This document shows, in pieces, positions 47,195-57,264 of a stretch of DNA of 64,000 nucleotides. Numbering within the stretch: position 1 is the stretch's first letter; the number at the start of each line of letters is the position of its first letter. Source of the stretch: Parachlamydiales bacterium (GTDB lineage Bacteria; Chlamydiota; Chlamydiia; Chlamydiales; JAFEGQ01); the NCBI GenBank assembly GCA_050250135.1, contig JBFWPF010000005.1:5690-69689 (forward strand), given 5' to 3'. The notes beneath the pieces are model-generated. The model ran no database searches. It saw only the letters and a list, made by a program, of their open reading frames with translations, and was not told where the DNA came from. A program made the translations under genes and the position numbers.

Positions 47195-48029
47195 GGGGGC
47201 CTGCCGCGAATTTCTCGCCTACGTGGGCTCCGAGCGGGGCCTTTCGCCCAACACCATATCCGCCTACGAGCGGGACTTAGAGAGCCTTGGCACTTTCCTC
47301 GGGGGCTCTCCCCTAACCGCCGAGCGCATCATCGACTACCTCGCCGCCCAGAAGAGCTCTCCCGCTACCCTTTCGCGCCGCCTTGCCGCCTTCAAGAGCG
47401 CCTGCCGCTTCTGGAAACGGGAGGGGACCCTCAAAACAAACCCCGCTGCCGACCTCGATTCGCCCAAGCTGTGGAAACGCCTCCCCCACTTCCTCTCCAA
47501 CAGTGAGGTCGAAGCGCTCCTCGCCGCCCCCGATCCCACCACCGCAACAGGGGTCCGGGACCGGGCGATCCTCGAGCTCCTCTACGCAAGCGGCCTCCGT
47601 GTCTCCGAGCTGTGTAGCTTGAACATTTACAGCGTGGGCGAGGGGACCGTACGGGTCCGTGGCAAAGGGGGGAAGGAGCGGGTCGTCCCCGTCGGCTCCA
47701 AGGCCCTGGCCGCCCTCGACCACTACCTCGCGACCTTCCGCCAGGCCGAGGCCGACCCCCTCTTCCTCACCAGCCGGGGCAAGCGGATCGACCGCGTCAT
47801 GGTCTGGCGCCAGATCAAGAGCTATGCCAAGAGGGCCGGAATCACCAAGCCCTTAAGTCCCCATACCTTGCGCCACTCCTTTGCGACCCACCTCCTCGAT
47901 AACGGGGCCGAGCTGCGGGTGATCCAGGAGATGCTCGGCCACAGCGACATTGGCACCACCGACCGCTATACCCACGTCACCACCTCCCGCCTCCGGGAGG
48001 CCTTCGACTCCTACCATCCAAGATCCTAA
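47184..48029 (+). CDS. xerD: Tyrosine recombinase XerD
   Basis: ERGLSPNT..AY..DL, RDRAILELLYASGLRVSEL, GKG.KERVVP, HTLRHSFATH and QEMLGH..I.TT..YTH motifs. Confidence 0.9.
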   Translation: MDFKGACREFLAYVGSERGLSPNTISAYERDLESLGTFLGGSPLTAERIIDYLAAQKSSPATLSRRLAAFKSACRFWKREGTLKTNPAADLDSPKLWKRLPHFLSNSEVEALLAAPDPTTATGVRDRAILELLYASGLRVSELCSLNIYSVGEGTVRVRGKGGKERVVPVGSKALAALDHYLATFRQAEADPLFLTSRGKRIDRVMVWRQIKSYAKRAGITKPLSPHTLRHSFATHLLDNGAELRVIQEMLGHSDIGTTDRYTHVTTSRLREAFDSYHPRS

Positions 48030-48068
48030 CCCGCTCATTATCAACATATAATGATAAAATAAATTGTA

Positions 48069-48097
48069 TTGTAATTTTAATCCCATCTTGATATAAT
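48069..48097 (+). promoter_or_regulatory. Near-consensus sigma66/sigma70 promoter
   Basis: TTGTAA-17-TATAAT with extended TGn in an AT-rich island upstream of 48120. Confidence 0.65.
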
Positions 48098-48119
48098 CAA
48101 TGGACAACAAGGCAAATTA

Positions 48120-48923
48120 ATGGAAAAAACAGGACCTGTTACTCCCTACATGGCCCTTTCGCTCCCCCTGGTTGGGGCGGGTATCGGCGCGCTAGTAGCC
48201 TTCAATCCCTGGTACCCTACCAGCCGGCTGATGAAGGGGGCTTTGATTACCCTCCCTGCTGTGGCGGGTATGGTGATCGCCCGGGCGCTCCAACCCAAGG
48301 AGCTGGATTTCTCCCCAAGGGGATGCGCGCAGAGGGACCCGCCCATATTTGGGAAAGATTGTCTGAGACGCTATGGCGAGTCTGCTAAAAGGGACGGGGT
48401 AACGCTCTATCCCATCCCCGATTCCACCAAGAATTTGACCTTTGGCAAAGCCTTTGTCAACGATCTCCACCGCCAGGCCAGCAACACCTTTTTCGTGACC
48501 GGTTCAGACCAGGACCCTGTCGTTTGGCAAATGGACCTCCAGGGCGCGGAAAATGAGGGCGCCCTACCGGCAATGGTAGAGAAGCTGCGGAGTGAGGATG
48601 TTACCTCGATTGAGATCGAGCGGCTCTGTGAGGTTTGGTTTCAAGGGCCGGCCCTCGATGGAATGAAGCCTATCATGATTGAATACAACGTCATGTTGAG
48701 CCAACAACCTATTATCAGAACGCAGGAGGAGACTCTGCGAACCGATAAGATCTGGCGAGGTGATTTGGGGCTCATGTACCAAACGGAAAGCAGCTGGAGC
48801 TCGGAAGAGGAAAACCCCCGCTATTTTATTGCGCGCACCACCATCAATGTCACCACGGGATTTGGGGAATACTCCTACCGGATGGCAGAGGCTCCTAACA
48901 AGCTGCAGTTTGATCTAGCCTAA
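48120..48923 (+). CDS. Hypothetical protein with N-terminal bilobed hydrophobic domain (Inc-like)
   Basis: Two TM segments in about the first 55 residues with a short loop, then a soluble domain; own promoter. Confidence 0.72.
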   Translation: MEKTGPVTPYMALSLPLVGAGIGALVAFNPWYPTSRLMKGALITLPAVAGMVIARALQPKELDFSPRGCAQRDPPIFGKDCLRRYGESAKRDGVTLYPIPDSTKNLTFGKAFVNDLHRQASNTFFVTGSDQDPVVWQMDLQGAENEGALPAMVEKLRSEDVTSIEIERLCEVWFQGPALDGMKPIMIEYNVMLSQQPIIRTQEETLRTDKIWRGDLGLMYQTESSWSSEEENPRYFIARTTINVTTGFGEYSYRMAEAPNKLQFDLA

Positions 48924-50366
48924 TTTCTTCTTTAGAAGCTCGTTGACGGCATCGGGGGCCGCTTTCCCTTGCGTGGCCTTCATCACCTGACCCACCAAGA
49001 AACCAAAGGCCTTTGCCTTGCCCGCTTGGAAGTCGGCAACCGATTGGGGGTTGTCGGCAAGGACCTTGTCGACGATCACCTCGATTTCGCCGAGGTCAGA
49101 GACCGGTTTGTAGATCTCTGGCTTTGCCTCAATAATCGTCTCGGGATCGGCAGGTGAAGCGACCATCTCATCCGCCAGCTGCTTGGCTAGCCGTCCCGTG
49201 ATCGTCCCCTCCTGAATCAGGGCGACCAGTTTGCCGATGTGGGCCGGCGCGATCGCTGTCTTGTAGAGGGGAGTGGCCGACTCCTTAAGCCTGCCAAAGA
49301 ACTCGACGGTGATCCAGTTAGCCAGCTGCTTGGGCGCTTTGCAGTGGGAGAGGGCCTCCTCAAAGTAGTCAGCCAGGTGCTTTTCGGTGGTGAGGATGCC
49401 AGCGGTGTAGGGGGTGAGGCCCAGCTCCTCGACATACCGCTTCTTGCGATCGTAGGGGAGCTCGGGGAGGGCCTCGCGGATCTTGTCGATGTAGGGTTGA
49501 GTGAGGATCAGGGGAGGGAGGTCGGGTTCGGGGAAGTAGCGGTAGTCGGCCGCCGCCTCCTTGCGTCGCATCACCTTCGTCTCGCCCGTGTTGGGGTCGA
49601 AGCGAAGTGTGCAGGAGTGCATCACCTCTTCGGGCGCCTTGTCGGGGTGCTGCTCGTAGAGGCGGATCTGCCGCTTCACCTCCGACTCAAGGGCAAGCTC
49701 GAGGAAGGTGAAGGAGTTCATGTTCTTGATCTCAGCCTTGGGTCGCAAGGTTGGATCGCCAAAGGGGCGGACCGAGACGTTGATGTCCATCCGAAACTGC
49801 CCCTCCTCCATGTTGCAGTCAGAGGCGCCCACATACTCGAGTATTGCCTTCACCGCCTTGCCGTAGGCTGAGGCCTCTTTTGGAGTGTGCATGCAGGGAT
49901 CGGAGACGATTTCGAGGAGGGGAGCCCCGGCCCGGTTGTAGTCGATCCCGGCAAAGCTACTAAAGTGCTTGAGCATCCCGGCATCATCTTCGAGGTGGGC
50001 ATGCTCGATCGTGAAGGTCATCTCCTCACCCTCGACATCGGCCACCACCTGACCGCCGATGAGGATCGGCTCATCGAACTGGGTGATCTGAAAGTTGCGA
50101 GGGGAGTCGGGGTAGAAGTAGGACTTGCGGTCGAACTTGCTGAAGAGGGGGATATGGGCACCAATTGCGCAGCCGAACTGGACCGCCTTGCGGACCGCCT
50201 CTTTGTTCAGGACGGGGAGGGCGCCGGGTTGACCGGTGCAGACGACCGAGATGTTGGTATTGGGCTCATCTCCAAAGCGGTTGGGCGCGGGGCTGAAGAT
50301 CTTGCTCTTGGTATTCAGCTGCGCATGGATCTCAAGACCAATGACCGTCTCCCACACCGGCTTCAT
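48915..50366 (-). CDS. gatB: Asp/Glu-tRNA amidotransferase subunit B
   Basis: VIGLEIHAQL, FDRK.YFYPD, DYNRAG.PLLEIV and DYRYFPEPDL motifs. Confidence 0.97.
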   Translation of the reverse strand: MKPVWETVIGLEIHAQLNTKSKIFSPAPNRFGDEPNTNISVVCTGQPGALPVLNKEAVRKAVQFGCAIGAHIPLFSKFDRKSYFYPDSPRNFQITQFDEPILIGGQVVADVEGEEMTFTIEHAHLEDDAGMLKHFSSFAGIDYNRAGAPLLEIVSDPCMHTPKEASAYGKAVKAILEYVGASDCNMEEGQFRMDINVSVRPFGDPTLRPKAEIKNMNSFTFLELALESEVKRQIRLYEQHPDKAPEEVMHSCTLRFDPNTGETKVMRRKEAAADYRYFPEPDLPPLILTQPYIDKIREALPELPYDRKKRYVEELGLTPYTAGILTTEKHLADYFEEALSHCKAPKQLANWITVEFFGRLKESATPLYKTAIAPAHIGKLVALIQEGTITGRLAKQLADEMVASPADPETIIEAKPEIYKPVSDLGEIEVIVDKVLADNPQSVADFQAGKAKAFGFLVGQVMKATQGKAAPDAVNELLKKKLG

Positions 50367-51805
50367 AGCTGAGGCTCCTTAATGTGATCGGTACGGGTTT
50401 GGTAGGCGTGGGCAATCTGGATCACGCGGGCGTCGGCCTTTTGCGGGCCGAGGAGCTGGAGGCCGATCGGCTTTTTCTCCTTGGAGAAGCCGGAGGGGAT
50501 GCTGATGCCGGGCAGACCGGCGAGGTTAGCCGAGGCGGTGTAGATGTCGGCCAGGTACTCCTCCAGCGGCTCGAGCTTTCGCTCCTTGGGATAGGCGGTG
50601 AGGGGGCTTGTGGGGAGGGCGATGACGTCACACTTTTTGAAGGCCTCAGCATGCTCGCGGATCATCAGCGTTCGGACCCGCTGCGCCTTCTTGTAGTAGG
50701 CATCCTGGAACCCCGAGGAGAGGACAAAGGTACCGAGGAGGATCCGCCGCTTCACCTCGGCCCCAAAGCCCTCCTCTTTGGAAAAGTCATAAATTTCAGA
50801 GAGGGTTTTGGCGCGGGAGGAGCGGAGCCCGTAGCGGATCCCGTCGAAGCGGGCGAGGTTGGTGGAGGCCTCGGCGGGGGCAAGGATGTAGTAGATGGGG
50901 ATCGCAAAGCGGATCAGGTCGAGGGTGATCTCCACCGTCTGCGCTCCCAGATCCCTCATCGCCTGAACCGCCGCTTCAAAGTTAGCCCGCAGCTCAGCAT
51001 CGAGATCCTGAAGGAGGGCCGTCGGGACCCCAATTTTTACCCCTTTTAGATCCTGTTTAAGGCCGGAGAGGATAGAGGGCGCCTGCTCGGGGATGCTGGT
51101 GGCATCGTAAGGGCAGTGGCCAGCCATCACCTCCATGATCAGGCCGCAGTCGGCAACGCTGGTCGAAAAGGGGCCGATCTGGTCGAGGGAGGAGCCAAAG
51201 GCGACAAGGCCATAGCGGGAGAGGCGGCCGTAGGTCGGCTTAAAGCCGACGATGCCGCAGAGGGCGGCCGGCTGCCGGACCGATCCGCCGGTCTCACTTC
51301 CCAGAGCAAGGGGGGCAAAGCGGGCGCAGACCGCGGCGGCCGACCCGCCGCTGCTCCCGCCCGGGATGCAGTCGAGGTTCCAGGGATTGGAGGTCGATTG
51401 AAAAGCGGAGTGGGTCGTGCTCGACCCCATCGCAAATTCGTCGAGGTTGGTCTTTCCGATAAGGACCGCATCCTCCTCCTCTAAGCGGCGGATGACGGTG
51501 GCGTCGAAAGGGGCGCGGTAGTTGTGCAGAATCTGGGAGCCGCAGGTGGTGATCTCCCCGGCGATGTTAATATTGTCCTTAATGGCGACCGGGACTCCGG
51601 CAAGCTTGCCGAGCTTCTCCCCCTTTTTCCGCTTCTCATCGATGCGGGCTGCGGCCTTGTGGGCCCGCTCCTCCAGCACCTTCAGGAAGGCCCCTACCTG
51701 CTCGTCATGCTCTTTGATCCGCTTGAGGTGGTCTTCGAGAACAGCGGTTGCGCTCTCCTCTCCCTTGGTGACCCGATCTCGTATCTCTAGGGCGCTCCGC
51801 TTCAC
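50363..51805 (-). CDS. gatA: Asp/Glu-tRNA amidotransferase subunit A
   Basis: GKTNLDEFAMGSS, GGSSGGSAAA, GS.TGGSVRQPA and SNLARFDG-like motifs. Confidence 0.97.
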   Translation of the reverse strand: MKRSALEIRDRVTKGEESATAVLEDHLKRIKEHDEQVGAFLKVLEERAHKAAARIDEKRKKGEKLGKLAGVPVAIKDNINIAGEITTCGSQILHNYRAPFDATVIRRLEEEDAVLIGKTNLDEFAMGSSTTHSAFQSTSNPWNLDCIPGGSSGGSAAAVCARFAPLALGSETGGSVRQPAALCGIVGFKPTYGRLSRYGLVAFGSSLDQIGPFSTSVADCGLIMEVMAGHCPYDATSIPEQAPSILSGLKQDLKGVKIGVPTALLQDLDAELRANFEAAVQAMRDLGAQTVEITLDLIRFAIPIYYILAPAEASTNLARFDGIRYGLRSSRAKTLSEIYDFSKEEGFGAEVKRRILLGTFVLSSGFQDAYYKKAQRVRTLMIREHAEAFKKCDVIALPTSPLTAYPKERKLEPLEEYLADIYTASANLAGLPGISIPSGFSKEKKPIGLQLLGPQKADARVIQIAHAYQTRTDHIKEPQL

Positions 51806-52104
51806 GATTCGATCACCGGGGGGACTTGGATGAGCCCGCCGACATGGGCGGGGGAATTTTCTAGGAAGGTCTGCCTAGCCAGAAGTCGGCTCTCTTCGAT
51901 CCGATCCTCCCGCATAGGGGAGGGGGACTCGCCGAGGACGAAGTTGCAGGGGGGAACCTCTTCGGTGTCGATCCCCTCTAGCTGCTCGAAATAGGCGACG
52001 ATATCGGTCAGGTTTTTGCAGAGGCGGGTCCGCTCTTCAGCTGTCGCATCGATCCGGCACAGCTCCACCAAATGGTCGATTGTCTCAGGGGTAATCTCGC
52101 TCAT
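51802..52104 (-). CDS. gatC: Asp/Glu-tRNA amidotransferase subunit C
   Basis: 100 aa upstream of gatA; L..L.RI, MRED and VP.VI pattern. Confidence 0.92.
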   Translation of the reverse strand: MSEITPETIDHLVELCRIDATAEERTRLCKNLTDIVAYFEQLEGIDTEEVPPCNFVLGESPSPMREDRIEESRLLARQTFLENSPAHVGGLIQVPPVIES

Positions 52105-52230
52105 AGCACTGTGAAGTGTACGGAGGCAGCCCTATATTGTAAACCGCCCTGCGACCCAGAAACGCCCCAGGGATAAAACCTCTACGGCCCAGATACCGGT
52201 TTGGGTTGCCCGAATAGTTTGCAAATATTT

Positions 52231-53151
52231 TTAGAAATTAAAGAAGGCTTTTGCGCCGGCGTAGAAGGTGACGTTGAGCTCCCGGTAGGTGAGGAGGTCG
52301 GCGAGCTGGGTGTAGATCTTGACCCAGCCGGCAGGGAGGCAGCCCACATAGGCCTCAACCCCAAAACGGGTAGTGGCATGGTGGTCGAGCCTGAGCTCAA
52401 AGCCCCAGCTCCGGTACTCCCAAATGGCCTCGGGAACCGGTTCATTGGGGGCGGCCCGCTGCCGGTTCCGGAGGAAGTGGGCGGCAAAGGCAAGGGAGGT
52501 GTCCTTGGTAAAGCAATAGGTGACCGCCATATCGGTGGGGTAGACAAGGGAGAGCTTCACCTTTCGCCGGATCATGGTGTCGATCCCAATGACGGGGCGG
52601 ACAAACCCTTTGCGCTTGCCGGCGATCCAGAGTATCCCCATGTGGAAGCCGAGATTGGGGCACCAGTCGTAGCGCCCCGCTAGAATCCCGTGGTAGTCGC
52701 CATAGCGTCCCAGGTTGGCTTGGGTGGTCTGCCACCACAGGCCGACCATCCCGGTCCAGAGCCAGCGGGGTATTCGCCTTGTGTAGCCGGAGAGGGAGAG
52801 GTTCAGTTCGGGAAATCCGGTGTCGTGGAAGTAGGGGTTGTCGGTCAGGTCGAAGGTCGACCAATCGTAGCCGAAGTTGACAGCAAGGGCGGAGCAGGGG
52901 TCGACACAGAGGGTGTAGCGGAGGTTGACCTGCCCCTGCGAATAGGAGAGGTAGCCCCCTAGGGGGTCGTCGATATGCGCCCGCCCCGTGATGAGGTACT
53001 CGGCATCGCTGTGCCAGGGAAAGACATAGGCATAGTAGACGATGGCATCCCATTGGCAGCAGGTCCCCTTGTTCGGGTCCTGCGACTCAAAGCGGAACGA
53101 GTCGGCGAAAAGGGCGAGGGGAAAGAGCAAGAGCGGCAAAAGGCGTTTCAT
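52231..53151 (-). CDS. Putative outer-membrane beta-barrel protein
   Basis: Signal peptide MKRLLPLLLFPLALFA; aromatic-rich alternating strands; terminal Phe (FFNF). Confidence 0.72.
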   Translation of the reverse strand: MKRLLPLLLFPLALFADSFRFESQDPNKGTCCQWDAIVYYAYVFPWHSDAEYLITGRAHIDDPLGGYLSYSQGQVNLRYTLCVDPCSALAVNFGYDWSTFDLTDNPYFHDTGFPELNLSLSGYTRRIPRWLWTGMVGLWWQTTQANLGRYGDYHGILAGRYDWCPNLGFHMGILWIAGKRKGFVRPVIGIDTMIRRKVKLSLVYPTDMAVTYCFTKDTSLAFAAHFLRNRQRAAPNEPVPEAIWEYRSWGFELRLDHHATTRFGVEAYVGCLPAGWVKIYTQLADLLTYRELNVTFYAGAKAFFNF

Positions 53152-53173
53152 GGGGATGGTTAATACCACGACA

Positions 53174-54751
53174 TCAACACAAAAGGCTAGTCCCGCCTTG
53201 CATTCGGGTGAGCTCATCGCGCCGGGCCTGGCCGGAAACGGGACGGATGGTGGTGAGGGTTCTGCCCTGCTGCTCCTCTTTGGCGATGGCAAAGTGGTGG
53301 TCGGCTTGGCGGGCCACCTGCGCTAGGTGGGTGATACAGAGGACTTGCCGCCCCGTCGCAATCGTCCCCAGTTTTTGGCCGACAAGCACGGCCGTTTCCC
53401 CTCCCATGCCACTGTCGATCTCATCGAAGATCAGGGTGGGGGTCCTCTCAAGGCCGCTCAGAGCCGTTTTAAGGGCGAGGAGGAGGCGGGAGAGCTCGCC
53501 GCCGCTGGCACACTTGCGGACAGGGAGTCTCCCCTCGCCAGGGTTGGGGGCAAAGAGGAACTCGACCCCATCGCCACCGGTAAGGGAGAGGGGAGTGGGG
53601 GTGATCTCGATCTCGAACTCGGCCTTGGCGAGGTTGAGGGGACGGAGGTGGGCGCAGGCGGCCTCTGCGAGGATTTTGGCTGCCTTTTTCCGCTCACCTG
53701 TAAGGACCATGGCGAGCTCTGTGCACCGGGCTTGTTCAGCCTGCAGTTGTCGCCCCAGTTCAGCTAGCCGCTCCTCACCGCCCCCGACTTGCTGCAGCTC
53801 CGATTCGATCTGGTGCTGGTAGGCAACTAGATCGGGGCCATACCGCTTCTTCAACCGCTCTAAGAGGGCAAGGCGGCTCGCAATGGCCTCTTGCCGCTCA
53901 GGATTGTGCTGCAAGCGGTCGGCATAGCTTCGGAGGGTGTGGGTCAGGTCTCGGACCTCGACCAAGACCCCCTCGAGATCGGCAGTGTGAGAGGGGTCGA
54001 GTTTTCCCATCCGCTGGAGCGCCTTTTGGCACTGGGCGAGGAGGGTGAGCGCTCCCCCCTCCCCATCGAGCGCTTCGATGGCCTCATAGCTTTTCTGCGC
54101 AAGCTCTTCGGAGTGGGTGAGCTTGGAGTACTCCTGGAAAAGGGTCTCCTCCTCTCCCTCCTGCGGTGCAGCGGCGGTGAGCTCTTCTAGCTCAGCTTGC
54201 AAACGGGCCTCCCTTTTTGCCCGCTCCTCAGCGCTGTCGGTCAAGCGGCGAAAGCTCTCCTCGAGTTCCTGGCAGCGGCGATAGCTCTTTTCGTAGTGGC
54301 TCGTGTCGATTTTGCCGTAGAGGTCGACCGTCTCGAGGGGATAGCTTGGGGTAGTGAGGCGGATGTTGGCGCTCTGCCCGACCACGTCAAGGAGGGTGGC
54401 AGCGAGCCGTTTTAAAAAGGTGGTCTGGACCATCTGTTGGTTGACAAAGGCGCGGCCAGGAAGCTCGCGGGAGATGATCAGATCGCCGCCCGGTTCATGT
54501 TCTATCCCGGCCTCAGCAAGGAGGGAGAGGGCCTCGGGAAGGGGAGAGAAGGCAGCTTCGACCCGCGCTCTATCGCAGCCCGAGCGGATCAGATCGGTGT
54601 CGGCCCGGCCGCCCAAAGCGAGAGCCAGAGCCTTTAGGATTGCCGACTTGCCCGCCCCTGTCTCACCGGTCAGGACCGTGAGGCCCCCTTCAAAATCGAG
54701 ATGGGCCGATTCGATTAGGACAATGTTCCGGATGGAGAGGGACTTTAGCAT
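53174..54751 (-). CDS. recN: DNA repair protein RecN
   Basis: TGETGAGKS, coiled coil, ASGGELSR, IFDEID.G..G and CITHL.QVA motifs. Confidence 0.95.
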   Translation of the reverse strand: MLKSLSIRNIVLIESAHLDFEGGLTVLTGETGAGKSAILKALALALGGRADTDLIRSGCDRARVEAAFSPLPEALSLLAEAGIEHEPGGDLIISRELPGRAFVNQQMVQTTFLKRLAATLLDVVGQSANIRLTTPSYPLETVDLYGKIDTSHYEKSYRRCQELEESFRRLTDSAEERAKREARLQAELEELTAAAPQEGEEETLFQEYSKLTHSEELAQKSYEAIEALDGEGGALTLLAQCQKALQRMGKLDPSHTADLEGVLVEVRDLTHTLRSYADRLQHNPERQEAIASRLALLERLKKRYGPDLVAYQHQIESELQQVGGGEERLAELGRQLQAEQARCTELAMVLTGERKKAAKILAEAACAHLRPLNLAKAEFEIEITPTPLSLTGGDGVEFLFAPNPGEGRLPVRKCASGGELSRLLLALKTALSGLERTPTLIFDEIDSGMGGETAVLVGQKLGTIATGRQVLCITHLAQVARQADHHFAIAKEEQQGRTLTTIRPVSGQARRDELTRMQGGTSLLC

Positions 54752-55635
54752 GCCCGTAGGATATCCCGTGTCGTTTTAAAGTGGAGCTTGCCGGTCTTTT
54801 CGAGGACCTGCTGCCCATGTTTGGCGACGAGGGCGCACCCGGTCTCGACTATCCCGTTGTTGGCCCCTTTTGGAAGGGGGATCCCCCACTCTTCGCTGAG
54901 CTGGTCGAGCCCCTTTAGGAAGGCAGCCCGGGCTAGGATGGAGGCCGCTGCAACAACGGGGTCCGATTCGGCCCTGACCCGTTGGGTCACCTTGAGGGTG
55001 ACCCCCCGTTTAGCCAGAGCCCTGTCGAGGACGTGGGGATAGGCAAACTGGTCGACGAGGGCCGCCTTAGCGCCTGTTTTCTCTTGCAAAGAACCGATCG
55101 CGGCCGCGTGGGCCCAGGCAAGGAGGGAGTTTAGGTTGCCGAATTTCTGGTAGAGCTCATTGTACTTGGTAGGAAAGAGGCGGACGATCTCCCAGGGGCA
55201 GAGCTCCCCAATCTCTTTGGCTAGCTGGCGCACCTTGCCATCGGGGAGTCTTTTGGAGTCGATCACCCCCATCTTGACCAGCCTCTCGATCTTCTCTCTG
55301 TCGGCGTAGACAGCGGCGATGCAGAGGGGGCCAAAGTAGTCCCCCTTGCCCGCCTCGTCCGAGCCGATGCGGGCGCTGTAGTCGACCTCAGCTGCCACCC
55401 CGTAGGTGAAGGTTCCCAACACTTCGGGTTCGAGAAAGTAGGTGATAAAGTCGGGGGCCCCTTTCCCCTGCACGACCAGTTTGCCCGAGTCGTAAAGGGT
55501 GAGGCTGACCCCCTCCCCCTTAGCGGCAAAGCGGGTGTGGAGGGGCTGGCTGAAGGAGAAGCCGCGACCGGCAAGGGCGGTGCGGAGGGTCTCTTCAAGC
55601 GCCAGATCGATCTGGGTAACGAAGGGGGTAGCCAT
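54745..55635 (-). CDS. rnhC: Ribonuclease HIII
   Basis: N-terminal LY.SGKLVVQG (TBP-like); IGSDEAGKGDYFGP, DSK.L and AAASILAR motifs. Confidence 0.95.
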   Translation of the reverse strand: MATPFVTQIDLALEETLRTALAGRGFSFSQPLHTRFAAKGEGVSLTLYDSGKLVVQGKGAPDFITYFLEPEVLGTFTYGVAAEVDYSARIGSDEAGKGDYFGPLCIAAVYADREKIERLVKMGVIDSKRLPDGKVRQLAKEIGELCPWEIVRLFPTKYNELYQKFGNLNSLLAWAHAAAIGSLQEKTGAKAALVDQFAYPHVLDRALAKRGVTLKVTQRVRAESDPVVAAASILARAAFLKGLDQLSEEWGIPLPKGANNGIVETGCALVAKHGQQVLEKTGKLHFKTTRDILRAC

Positions 55636-55663
55636 GGACTAAGTGTAGCAGGCACCCTTCAAC

Positions 55664-55692
55664 TTGACCAGATTTGCCTCTCGCTCTAGGAT
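55664..55692 (+). promoter_or_regulatory. Putative promoter of the HTH gene
   Basis: TTGACC-17-TAGGAT. Confidence 0.5.
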
Positions 55693-55723
55693 GAGCGAGG
55701 ATCCCTCTCTCTACGGGTAACAC

Positions 55724-56140
55724 ATGAGTCAAACAGTCGAAAGTAAAGAGAAGTTAACTCACGATATCTTCCGGCTCAAACGGGCCGAGATGAACCTCTC
55801 TCTTAAAGAGGTGGAGAACGCCACCTCGATCCGGATAGCCTACCTGCAGGGGATTGAAGAGGGGCGAATCGGCTCCCTCATCTCCCCCGTTTACGCTCGG
55901 GGCTTTGTGAAGCAGTACGCCGCCTTTCTCGGCCTCGACGGAGAGCGCCTTGTCCGGGCCAATCCCGAGCTCTTTGGAGCGCGGGAGCAGCAGGACTTTG
56001 CCTACGGCATCGGGACCCTCGAAGTTCGGGGAAGCCCAGGCGGCGGGGTCAAGTGGCTCCCGAACCTTCTCTGGGCAGGGGGGATCGCGATCGTCCTGGC
56101 AGGGGCCTACTACTTTGCCAAATCGATGGGGCTACTGTGA
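55724..56140 (+). CDS. HTH protein with C-terminal TM segment (chlamydial RodZ/CT009-like)
   Basis: LSLKEVENATSIR..YL..IEEG..Y.RGF.KQYA.FLGLD, then a TM segment; divergent from rnhC as in Chlamydia. Confidence 0.85.
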   Translation: MSQTVESKEKLTHDIFRLKRAEMNLSLKEVENATSIRIAYLQGIEEGRIGSLISPVYARGFVKQYAAFLGLDGERLVRANPELFGAREQQDFAYGIGTLEVRGSPGGGVKWLPNLLWAGGIAIVLAGAYYFAKSMGLL

Positions 56141-57264
56141 ATTTCCTCCTGCTGACGGGGCTAACCGACGCCCCTCTGCAGGACCTCGGGGGTCTAACCC
56201 CTCTTCAGAAAGCCCACACCCCCAACCTAGATCGACTAGCCCAAGAGGGGGGGTGCCTCCTCTTCGAACCCCCTAAGTGGGGGGGGATCGAGACGACCCT
56301 ATTGGCGATGCTCGGCGTGGAGGAGGGGCTCGATGAGCCAAGCGCCGCTGCCCTGGAAGCGGCGGCTCTCGGCATTGAGCTCAGGGGGGATGAGACCCTC
56401 TACTGCGCCCGCCTGGTCTCAGCAGGGGGTGGAGCGATCGTTGAGGTGGGCGATGAGCTGGTCAGCGATACGGAGGGGGCCCTTCTGTGCGAGGCCCTGA
56501 GCGCCGAGTTTGCTGCGGAGGGACTCCAGTTTGTCTCGATCCAAGGCCCCCGCTGTTTGATGATCAGTCGGACCCCTTTCGGCCCCCTCCCTGGACCGGG
56601 CCCAAGCCCATTTGAGGTGGTCGGAGAGCGGTGGAAGGCCCTTTTGCCAAAAGGGATGCGGGCTACTCTTGGTAAACTGCTCGATCGGGTGGGGGAATCT
56701 CTAGCCGAGCATGAGGTCAACCAGCTCCGCTCCGACCTGGAGGAGGTGCCGATCAATGCGCTGTGGGTGTCGGAAGGGGGCGGGGTGCCGAGGTGGATGG
56801 GCACCTATCGGGGCCCTGTGGGGGTGGAGATCTGGTGTGTCTCTTCTCTTGTCCAAGGGATCGCCGTTAGCTTGGGGCTCCCTTGCCGCCAGCTAGGTCA
56901 TGGCCTCCGGATGGATCGGGAGATCGAAGGGCTAGTTCGCAAATTGGAAGTCCGCCCCTTAGATATTCGCCTAATCGAGCTTCCCCACCTCTGGGAGAGC
57001 ACTTACAAGGGGGACCTGCTGGAAAAGATCAAGCGGATCGAGTACCTCGACCGCCACCTGATCGGCCCCCTGACAGAGATGGGGGAGCTGGCCGTCCTGC
57101 CGCTGCGCCACACCGATATTCGGATCGGTCAGGTGATGAGGGGACCGATCCCCATGGTCACGACCCTTCCGGGCGATCCCCTCCCCTCCTTCGACGAGGC
57201 GACCTTCTCTCAGCTCACTTTGACGCCGTTAAATAGGGCACTTTTGCTGCCAGCTGCGCGGTGA
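56137..57264 (+). CDS. Degenerate ApgM-like (cofactor-independent phosphoglycerate mutase family) protein
   Basis: [34 protein letters not shown] and GD..EKIK.IE..D; metal ligands appear substituted. Confidence 0.7.
   Translation: MNFLLLTGLTDAPLQDLGGLTPLQKAHTPNLDRLAQEGGCLLFEPPKWGGIETTLLAMLGVEEGLDEPSAAALEAAALGIELRGDETLYCARLVSAGGGAIVEVGDELVSDTEGALLCEALSAEFAAEGLQFVSIQGPRCLMISRTPFGPLPGPGPSPFEVVGERWKALLPKGMRATLGKLLDRVGESLAEHEVNQLRSDLEEVPINALWVSEGGGVPRWMGTYRGPVGVEIWCVSSLVQGIAVSLGLPCRQLGHGLRMDREIEGLVRKLEVRPLDIRLIELPHLWESTYKGDLLEKIKRIEYLDRHLIGPLTEMGELAVLPLRHTDIRIGQVMRGPIPMVTTLPGDPLPSFDEATFSQLTLTPLNRALLLPAAR

Noticed and set aside
47184-48029. Tyrosine recombinase as a prophage or island integrase
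   Set aside because: Size and motifs fit housekeeping XerD; no phage genes or att repeats nearby, and nothing links it to the palindromes.
52134-52228. Imperfect inverted repeat upstream of gatC
   Set aside because: Arms are short and mismatched, with no family centre motif; it could be a decayed element but is not supportable.
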